A DNA stretch of 15,385 nucleotides, taken from positions 1 to 15,385 of the forward strand of contig JBGQHJ010000118.1 in NCBI GenBank assembly GCA_041497895.1. Reading direction: 5' to 3'. Origin of the DNA: Candidatus Methylomirabilia bacterium (GTDB lineage Bacteria > Methylomirabilota > Methylomirabilia > Rokubacteriales > CSP1-6). The stretch's first letter is position 1. Each line of letters begins with the position of its first letter. Below the pieces are notes generated by a model, which saw only the letters and a list, made by a program, of their open reading frames with translations, did no database searches and was not told where the DNA came from. The position numbers were made by a program, and so were the translations under genes. Below are positions 1 through 8,520 of this stretch, in pieces.

Positions 1-933
1 CACCGTTCGTCCCCCCAGACGCGCGAGGCCGACGATGATCTCCTGGGCGAACAGGCGCTTGATCTCGAAGAAGGAGCCCGCATCCACCACCCGGTCGATG
101 ACCTCGTACATGTCGAACCACTTCCGCTGGTCGTAGGGGACGATGTCCTCGATCGAGCGTCCCGACTTGGGGGCGACCACCTCCACGGCGGCGGGTCGGT
201 CCCGGAACGAGCCCGGCATGTAGCCGAGGTAACGCCGGCAGAGCTCGATCGCCTCCTCGTCCGAGGCCGCGAGCACGTCGCCGCAGCCCGAGACCGTGCA
301 GTGCATGCGGGCCCCGCCCAGCTCCTCGAGCGTCGTCTTCTCCCCGATCGCCATCTCGACCATCCGGGGCGAGCCCACGTAGAGGCTCGCCTTGCCGTCG
401 ACCATGATGACGCAGTCGGTGAGAGCCGGGAGATAAGCCGAGCCCGCCGGCGACGGTCCGAACAGGACGCAGACCTGCGGCACCACCCCCGAGAGCTGCA
501 CCTCGTTGTAGAAGATGCGGCCGGCGTGGAAGCGGCCGGGGAAGATCTTGATCTGCTCCGAGATGCGGCCCCCCGCCGCGTCGACCAGGTAGAGCAGCGG
601 GACCTGCAATCGCTGGGCGCGCTCCTGGATGCGCACGATCTTCTGGACGGTCTTCTCGCCCCACGAGCCCGCCTTCACCGTGTAGTCATTGGCCATCACG
701 CACACCGTACGGCCGCAGACGGTACCCACCCCGGTGACCACGCCGTCGGCGGGCGTGTCGGCTTCCAGGTTGCGTGCGAAGAGAAAGTCCTCCTGGAACT
801 CGGTCCCGGGATCGAGCAGGAGCTTCAGACGGTCGCGGACGAAGAGCTTGCCCTCTTCCTTGAGCTTGTCGCGGTACTTCAGGTGGCCCTGCTCGATGCG
901 GCTGCGTTCCTGGCGGTAGCGCTGCTCGCTCAT
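1..933 (-). CDS. Acyl-CoA carboxylase carboxyltransferase (beta) subunit, PccB/MccB/YngE-like; 3' end runs off the window
   Basis: Not in the ORF track. Manual translation from ATG at 933 gives MSEQRYRQERSRIEQGHLKYRDKLKEEGKLFVRDRLKLLLDPG...PADGVVTGVGTVCGRTVCVMANDYTVKAGSWGEKTVQKIVRIQE...LVDAAGGRISEQ...GSAYLPALTDCVIMV...GSPRMVEMAIGEKTTLEELGGARMH, which carries typical Carboxyl_trans motifs. Confidence 0.93.
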   Translation of the reverse strand, partial: MSEQRYRQERSRIEQGHLKYRDKLKEEGKLFVRDRLKLLLDPGTEFQEDFLFARNLEADTPADGVVTGVGTVCGRTVCVMANDYTVKAGSWGEKTVQKIVRIQERAQRLQVPLLYLVDAAGGRISEQIKIFPGRFHAGRIFYNEVQLSGVVPQVCVLFGPSPAGSAYLPALTDCVIMVDGKASLYVGSPRMVEMAIGEKTTLEELGGARMHCTVSGCGDVLAASDEEAIELCRRYLGYMPGSFRDRPAAVEVVAPKSGRSIEDIVPYDQRKWFDMYEVIDRVVDAGSFFEIKRLFAQEIIVGLARLGGRTV

Positions 934-937
934 CGGG

Positions 938-2032
938 TCAGGGATGGGGGTTGGGATTGGCCCACAGGATGATGATCAGCACCCCGTTGCCGTACGGCGG
1001 GCCGCCGAGCACCGCGGGGGCGCCGGGCGCCGCGAGGATGTTGGCGTTCATCTCCGCTCTCTCGCCGTGCAGCAGGCGCACCCGCATCCGGACCGAGGTG
1101 CCCTGCATCTGGTCGGGCGTGACCTCGAGCCAGCGCTCGCCCGGCACCGCGAACCGCTGCTGGGTACCCAGCGGGCCATCGACGCGCTGGCGGTCGAGCG
1201 TCGTGTAGTCCGTGTACCGGAACAGAGTCTGAAGCCGCGGGATGATCTTCCGGAGCCGCTCGTCGGGCTCGACCTCCGACCCCGGCGCGGGCCGAGTGGA
1301 GGGGCTACGGGGAGCACTGGAAGCCTCGAGGATGCGGACCCCGAAGCGAATCACCGGCTGGGCCTCGGCTGAAGCCGCGAGCACCATCGCCAGGCCCAGC
1401 CAGAAGATCAACGCGAGCATCGGTCCGAGGAGGGCCTTGAGTCGCTTGCGCGCGTTATGCAGCCTGGACATGACGGTCCCGATCGGACAGTTGAGCACCT
1501 CGGCGATCTCGCGGTACGACAGGCCCTCGACGTCACTGAGCATGATAATCGTTCGGGCCTTGGGCGGCAAGGCATCCAGGGCGCCCCGGATGCGCTCTCG
1601 TTGCTCCTTCCGGGCCGCCTGCTGCTCCGGCCCCCCGCCCGGATCCGGCGTGGTGCGGGCCCACTCTTCCTCGCTCACCCGCTCCGGTCCGAACGCGCGC
1701 GCCTGGGCGCCGCGTTGACGGTGCCGGTCGGTGGCGACGTTGACGGTGATGCGGAAGAGCCAGGTGTAGAACGCCGACTGCCCGCGGAACGACGGCAACG
1801 AGTGAAACGCCCGCACGAACGCCTCCTGGGCCACGTCCCACGCCTCCTCGCGATCGTGCAGCACCTGGTAGGCCAGACGCCACACCCGCTGACGGTACCT
1901 CTCGACGAGCGGCTCGAACGCCGCGGTGTCTCCGGCGATGCACCGTTGGATGAGCGCACGCTCGTCGATCTCGGGAGACCCGGGAGTCTCCGCGCTACCG
2001 GCCGAGCCGGACGGCGTCTCGGGGCCCATCAC
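938..2032 (-). CDS. ECF (sigma-70 group 4) RNA polymerase sigma factor with a C-terminal hydrophobic helix and a ~140 aa extension
   Basis: Sigma2 region (AFEPLVERYRQRVWRLAY...EEAWDVAQEAFVRAF...FYTWLFRITVN) and sigma4 region (ALDALPPKARTIIMLSDVEGLSYREIAEVLNCPIGTVMSRLHNARKRL), followed in frame by LLGPMLALIFWLGLAMVLAASAEA-Q and a soluble domain. Start is GTG 2032 or ATG 2029. Confidence 0.92.
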   Translation of the reverse strand: MMGPETPSGSAGSAETPGSPEIDERALIQRCIAGDTAAFEPLVERYRQRVWRLAYQVLHDREEAWDVAQEAFVRAFHSLPSFRGQSAFYTWLFRITVNVATDRHRQRGAQARAFGPERVSEEEWARTTPDPGGGPEQQAARKEQRERIRGALDALPPKARTIIMLSDVEGLSYREIAEVLNCPIGTVMSRLHNARKRLKALLGPMLALIFWLGLAMVLAASAEAQPVIRFGVRILEASSAPRSPSTRPAPGSEVEPDERLRKIIPRLQTLFRYTDYTTLDRQRVDGPLGTQQRFAVPGERWLEVTPDQMQGTSVRMRVRLLHGERAEMNANILAAPGAPAVLGGPPYGNGVLIIILWANPNPHP

Positions 2033-2077
2033 GGCCGGGCCCGATCGTGGCCCTCGCCCCTCTTATCCGACAGGGGG

Positions 2078-2106
2078 TTCGACGTCAGGCAGCGCGCCCG
2101 CATTCA
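2078..2106 (-). promoter_or_regulatory. Candidate ECF-type promoter upstream of the sigma gene (TGAATG-N16-CGTCGAA)
   Basis: Minus strand reads TGAATG CGGGCGCGCTGCCTGA CGTC, resembling SigW/SigM-type TGAAAC-N16-CGTC promoters. It lies about 50 nt upstream of the ECF start. Confidence 0.45.
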
Positions 2107-2592
2107 CCGGCGGCGCGAGGCGGCGCGGCGGCCGGAGGGCGCCGGCGATCCGCCCAGCAGGGCATCCACGCCGAGCAGGTAGCTGACGGGCCCGAAGCCC
2201 GAGATCTGACCGACCGCCGCGGCGGCGACCACCGAACGGTGGCGGAATTCCTCACGCGCGTGGATGTTCGAAAGGTGCACCTCGACAACGGGAACCCGCA
2301 CCGAGGCGACCGCGTCCCGCAGCGCGATCGAGTAGTGCGAGAGCGCGCCGGGATTGAAGACGATGCCCTGGAAGCCCTCTCGGGCCGCCGACTGGATCCA
2401 GTCCACGAGCTCGCCCTCGTGGTTGGATTGGCGGCACACCGCCCGCGCACCGCGGCTCTCGGCGTGACGCTGCACCGCCCGGTTCAGCTCCGCGAGCGAG
2501 ACCCGGCCGTACACCGCCGGCTCGCGGGTGCCGAGGAGGTTGAGGTTCGGGCCGTGGAGCACGAGGAGGGCCGATACGACGCGGCGTGCCAT
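2104..2592 (-). CDS. aroQ: Type II 3-dehydroquinate dehydratase
   Basis: [64 protein letters not shown]. Start placed at ATG 2592 (MARRVVS); the ORF-track extension to 2859 overlaps the next gene. Confidence 0.96.
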   Translation of the reverse strand: MARRVVSALLVLHGPNLNLLGTREPAVYGRVSLAELNRAVQRHAESRGARAVCRQSNHEGELVDWIQSAAREGFQGIVFNPGALSHYSIALRDAVASVRVPVVEVHLSNIHAREEFRHRSVVAAAAVGQISGFGPVSYLLGVDALLGGSPAPSGRRAASRRR

Positions 2593-2666
2593 TGGTGGGA
2601 GAGAATACACTGCCGCGACGACAGCGCCAAATACCGGCTTCCCCCGCCCGTATAATGCTCCGGGGC

Positions 2667-3311
2667 TCAGACCGGGGCGTCGCGGGCGGCGTCCGGGCGT
2701 TGATGATCCGGCAGGCCGGAGGCCACGACCGCGTGCACGCGCCGGGCGAGCTCGCGCGCGGCCTCCTTCACGTCGAGGTCGGAGGGAGGCGCGATCAGCG
2801 GGTGGTAGATGATCGTCAGCCGGCCCGGCCGCGGCAGCCGCTTGGCGGGCGGCCAGCACTCGTGCCCACCGATGATGGTGACAGGCATCACCGGGACACC
2901 GAGCGAGCAGGCCATGCGAAACGCGCCGGGGCGGAAGCGCTGCACGCGCCCGTCCTGGCTACGACCGGCTTCCGGAAAGATCATGACGACTTCGCCCGCG
3001 TTGAGCAGCCGCACCGCGGTTCGGGCGGCCCCGGCGTCGGCGGCGTCGATGTCGACCGGAAAAGCCCGCAACCGCCGGATCAGCCAGGCGAGCCCGGGAA
3101 CGCGAAACAGGGCGTTCCACGCCATGTAATGCACGGGCCGGCGGACCGGAATCGTTGCGAGTACGGGATCGGCGTAGGTGACGTGGTTCGGCACGATCAG
3201 GAGCGGACCGGAGCGGGGGATGTGATGGATACCTTCGAAGCGGATCCGGAAATAGAGCCGCGCTCCGAGCCACACGATCGGGCGGAACGCGTCGACCACG
3301 GGCGTGCGCAC
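2667..3311 (-). CDS. Lysophospholipid (1-acyl-sn-glycerol-3-phosphate) acyltransferase, PlsC family
   Basis: Catalytic NHVTYAD (NHxxxxD) motif, [25 protein letters not shown]. Start placed at GTG 3311; the TTG at 3347 collides with the start of the divergent gene. Confidence 0.9.
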   Translation of the reverse strand: MRTPVVDAFRPIVWLGARLYFRIRFEGIHHIPRSGPLLIVPNHVTYADPVLATIPVRRPVHYMAWNALFRVPGLAWLIRRLRAFPVDIDAADAGAARTAVRLLNAGEVVMIFPEAGRSQDGRVQRFRPGAFRMACSLGVPVMPVTIIGGHECWPPAKRLPRPGRLTIIYHPLIAPPSDLDVKEAARELARRVHAVVASGLPDHQRPDAARDAPV

Positions 3312-3346
3312 GGCCCGATAGTGCCACGCGGCGCCTGAGCGCGCCA

Positions 3347-4078
3347 ATGCCCGCGCCCGGCCGGCCCCTCCTCATCGCCCATCGGGGCGCATCGGTCGAT
3401 GCCCCCGAGAACACCATCGCCGCCTTCGAGCTAGCGCTCGAGCAGGGCGCCGACGGCCTCGAGCTGGACGTCCATCTCTCCGCGGACGGGCATCCGGTCG
3501 TTATCCACGACTTCACCCTGGAGCGCACCACCGACGGGGCGGGCCCGGTGAGCGCCCTTCGCGTCCGCGAGCTCAAGCGCCTGGACGCCGGGGGCTGGCA
3601 CGACCGTCGTTTCCAGGGCCAACGCATCCAGACGCTCCAGGAGGTCCTGGAGCGCTTCCGGGACCGCACCCGCTTCTGGCTCGAGCTCAAGGGCGGCTCC
3701 ACCCTCTATCCCGGGCTGGAGGAGCGCGTGGTCTCGACGATCGAGATCTACGACGTCGTCGATCGGGTCCTGGTGCAGTCGTTCGATCCCGGGGCGATCG
3801 GGGAGGTCCGGACCCTGAATCTGCAGATCCGCGTCGGAGCCGTGGTGGCCCAGGCCCCCCTGGACCGGGCCCTGCTGGTGCCGGGCATGGTGGACGCCAT
3901 CTGCCCAGCGCTGGCGGTATGCTCGGCGGGCCTGATCGCCGAGGTCCGCCAGGCGGGGCTCGACTGCCATGTCTGGACGGTCAACGAGCCGGCCCAGGTG
4001 GACCGGCTCGTGGGTTGGGGCGTGAGCGGGATCATCACCGACCGGCCGGGCGCGTTGCGCGCCCGGCTCGATCGGTAG
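3347..4078 (+). CDS. Glycerophosphodiester phosphodiesterase (GDPD, UgpQ/GlpQ family), cytoplasmic
   Basis: IAHRGAS..APENTIAAF, GLELDVHLSADGHPVVIHDFTLERTT, LELK, VWTVN, GIITDRP. No signal peptide is visible. Confidence 0.95.
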   Translation: MPAPGRPLLIAHRGASVDAPENTIAAFELALEQGADGLELDVHLSADGHPVVIHDFTLERTTDGAGPVSALRVRELKRLDAGGWHDRRFQGQRIQTLQEVLERFRDRTRFWLELKGGSTLYPGLEERVVSTIEIYDVVDRVLVQSFDPGAIGEVRTLNLQIRVGAVVAQAPLDRALLVPGMVDAICPALAVCSAGLIAEVRQAGLDCHVWTVNEPAQVDRLVGWGVSGIITDRPGALRARLDR

Positions 4079-4091
4079 GAGGGTTCAGCAG

Positions 4092-4499
4092 CTACTCGTC
4101 CTCGGACTCGTCGGCGTCCGCCGCGGCGGCCACCGTCTCCAGGCGCGGTATCATGCGCTCGAGCCGATCCTGGCATCGCACGCACGTCGTGACCTCGGGC
4201 ATGGCGCGGAGCCGGGCGGGCGCGATGGCCTCACCGCACTCCTCGCAGACCCCGTACTCTCCGCCCCGCAGCCGCTCCAGCGCCTCGGCCAGCTTGTTGG
4301 CGCGCTCCACGAGCAGGCTCCGGGTGGCGAAGCTCATCTCCCGGTCCTCGTTGACCCGGATCACGTCCACTTCGTCGGCAAGCGGCGAATCACCCCGACC
4401 GCCCCCGAGCTCTTCGAAGGTCATCACGCCACCCATGTGCCGGATACGCTGCACCGTGTGGCTGAGCTCTCTCTCGAGGCGCTTCTTGATCTCGTCCAT
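4092..4499 (-). CDS. TraR/DksA-family C4 zinc-finger transcription factor
   Basis: Coiled-coil followed by ALERLRGGEYGVCEECGEAIAPARLRAMPEVTTCVRCQ. Strong SD (GGAGGGAG) just upstream of ATG 4499. Confidence 0.92.
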   Translation of the reverse strand: MDEIKKRLERELSHTVQRIRHMGGVMTFEELGGGRGDSPLADEVDVIRVNEDREMSFATRSLLVERANKLAEALERLRGGEYGVCEECGEAIAPARLRAMPEVTTCVRCQDRLERMIPRLETVAAAADADESEDE

Positions 4500-4559
4500 C
4501 GTCTCCCTCCATGGGCACCGGATCGCTGCGACCCGGCTTGCCCGGTTGGCGCAGCTTGT

Positions 4560-4576
4560 TGCAAGGCCCGTGCCTG
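4560..4576 (-). promoter_or_regulatory. Sigma54 (-24/-12) promoter upstream of the DksA/TraR gene
   Basis: Minus strand CAGGCACGGGCCTTGCA matches (T)GGCACG-N4-TTGCA with exact GG-N10-GC spacing. It is correctly oriented, about 60 nt upstream of the start codon. Confidence 0.75.
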
Positions 4577-4731
4577 GGCTCTGCATGGTAGAGACGGAGG
4601 AAAACGCCCAATATTCGCGGCACATGAGGGGTGGCCCTAGAGCCTCCATGGCAAATTGCCCGGCATCGACTGGGAAATTTCGTCACCGGGTGTGTCACTT
4701 CTGGTGGTGGGCTCACCGTCGGTGGCTTCCG

Positions 4732-4756
4732 GGCGGGGCCAGGGGATGGCCCCGCC
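4732..4756 (-). terminator. Hairpin downstream of the MFS gene (terminator-like, no U-tract)
   Basis: Perfect 10-bp stem GGCGGGGCCA / TGGCCCCGCC with a 5-nt loop, 14 nt past the MFS stop codon. Confidence 0.5.
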
Positions 4757-4770
4757 AGGAGGTAACCGAA

Positions 4771-6108
4771 CTACGAGCGAACGGCTTGGGTCTTCTCGGG
4801 CTCCCAAATGCTCATGCGGCGCGTTTCCGGCATGATGAACAGGCAGATGATGAAACATACCGCCGGCACCACGATGGGGTAGATCAGGGCTTTGCCGACG
4901 CTGCCGCTGGACAGGAAGGCGGCGGAGGTGATGAATGGCACGAGGCCTCCGCCCCAGCCGTTGCCGATGTGGTAGGGCACCGAAACTGACGTGTAGCGGA
5001 TCCGGCTCGGGAAATACTCAGCCAGGAACGCCCCGACCGGGCCGTACACCATGCCCACGTAGGACACCAGGATGAAGATGATGAAGATGGCGACCGGATA
5101 GTTGACGGCACCGGGATTGGTGACCTGACCCAGCCACGCATAGAGTGGATAGTAGGTCACGGATGCCAGGAACATTCCCCCCAGAATGACCGGCTTCCGG
5201 CCGATGATGTCGGAAAGCCATCCGAAGAGAATCAGCGTCGGCGTCGCGATGAGCAACGCCGCGCCGACAAGATAGCTGGAGGTGAGCACGTCGAGCTTCT
5301 TCACCGTCTGCAGGAAGTAGAGGGCCCAGAACTGGCCGCTGTACCACACGACGCCCTGCCCGATCAACACCACGATGGCGACCAGGATGTACTTGATGTT
5401 GGCGCTGAGGAACGCCTCTCTCCACGGATTCGTCACCATCCCGCCCTTGGCCTTCATCTGCTGGAAGATCGGCGTCTCTCCCAGCTGCAGCCGGATGTAG
5501 ATGGCCATCATCACCAGCAGGAACGAGATAAGGAACGGAATCCGCCAGCCCCATTCGTTGAAGGCGTCGTTCCCCAGGTAGCTCCGGGTGCCGACGATCA
5601 CCCCGAGGGACACCACGATCCCCAGCGTCGGGGACGTCTGCAGCCAGCCGGTATAGTACCCCCGGCGCTCGTCCGAAACATGCTCGGCAACATAGGTGAT
5701 CGCGCCACCGTATTCCCCGCCCAGGCACAGTCCTTGGACCATTCTCAGGCCGAACAGAATGAAGGCCGCGGCAAGGCCAATGGAGGCAAAAGTCGGTATC
5801 AGACCGATGGCGGCGGTCGCCAGGCCCATACCGGTCAGCGTCACGATGAAGGTGTATTTGCGGCCCACCCGATCACCCAGCCATCCAAACAAGAAAGCCC
5901 CCAAGGGGCGAATCAGGAAGCCAGCAGTGAACAGGGCGATCGTGCTCAGTAGCGCCGCCACCGGGTGGGTCTTGTCAAAGAACTTCACCGATAGGATCGC
6001 GGCCAAGCTCCCGAAGATGTAGAAATCGTACCATTCGATGATGTTCCCCACCGCGGCGGCCACCACCACGCGGCGGAAGTCCCTGGGGACCTGATCTTTA
6101 CCGGCCAT
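4771..6108 (-). CDS. MFS transporter, metabolite:H+ symporter (MHS) family
   Basis: GNIIEWYDFYIFG, RPLGAFLFGWLGDRVGRK, RMVQGLCLGGEYGGA..YVAE, WGWRIPFL, ETP, GWLSDIIGRKP, PET. About 12 hydrophobic segments. SD AAGGGGG precedes ATG 6108. Confidence 0.95.
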   Translation of the reverse strand: MAGKDQVPRDFRRVVVAAAVGNIIEWYDFYIFGSLAAILSVKFFDKTHPVAALLSTIALFTAGFLIRPLGAFLFGWLGDRVGRKYTFIVTLTGMGLATAAIGLIPTFASIGLAAAFILFGLRMVQGLCLGGEYGGAITYVAEHVSDERRGYYTGWLQTSPTLGIVVSLGVIVGTRSYLGNDAFNEWGWRIPFLISFLLVMMAIYIRLQLGETPIFQQMKAKGGMVTNPWREAFLSANIKYILVAIVVLIGQGVVWYSGQFWALYFLQTVKKLDVLTSSYLVGAALLIATPTLILFGWLSDIIGRKPVILGGMFLASVTYYPLYAWLGQVTNPGAVNYPVAIFIIFILVSYVGMVYGPVGAFLAEYFPSRIRYTSVSVPYHIGNGWGGGLVPFITSAAFLSSGSVGKALIYPIVVPAVCFIICLFIMPETRRMSIWEPEKTQAVRS

Positions 6109-6281
6109 AGTGTTCCCCCTTTGCTGAGGTTGGTCTATCTCGACGTTCGGTACTCGTCCATGCAACTCTGCCCCGAGCGGGCCGGGGCCTGTCGCTAACT
6201 TCGCCCACGATTCCCGTCACGCCTCCTGATAGGCGGCCCTCAACAAGGGACACGCGTCGATAGTGCATCGCGGGGTCGCCT

Positions 6282-6298
6282 AGCATGAAGGGTGCCAG
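6282..6298 (-). promoter_or_regulatory. Sigma54 (-24/-12) promoter upstream of the MFS transporter
   Basis: Minus strand CTGGCACCCTTCATGCT, which is TGGCAC-N5-(A)TGCT with exact GG-N10-GC spacing. Confidence 0.8.
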
Positions 6299-6311
6299 AA
6301 ATACTGGCTCC

Positions 6312-6324
6312 TAACCTATTGATT
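6312..6324 (-). promoter_or_regulatory. IHF binding site
   Basis: Minus strand AATCAATAGGTTA is a perfect match to WATCAANNNNTTR. It sits in an AT-rich patch just upstream of the sigma54 promoter. Confidence 0.7.
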
Positions 6325-6477
6325 CCACATCAAATCATCGCAGCGCCGACCGGACAGTCTCTGGTAACAAAGCCAAGAGTGCTTGGCAGAGGCACCCTGA
6401 CGCGCCAAGCCAAACTACCGGGAAACTAGACGCTCGATGCCGACATCGCCAGCGCCAGCTTGGTCGTGGCTACGCCC

Positions 6478-8427
<1,950 letters not shown>

Positions 8428-8520
8428 GGGGAACCTCGTCGTGGGGGAGATCGGCGCGTCGGCGCGCCGCACCACTTCTAAACCATCCGTCGGCGAACTG
8501 CAAGAGAGTAAGCTCGCGGC

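Noticed and set aside
301..972. 223 aa plus-strand ORF (also 14792..15220 minus)
   Set aside because: Antisense to real genes that the ORF track missed because they are truncated by the window edges.
4596..4630. Possible IHF site at the DksA-like sigma54 promoter
   Set aside because: There is an AT-richer patch, but the match to WATCAANNNNTTR is too poor to call.
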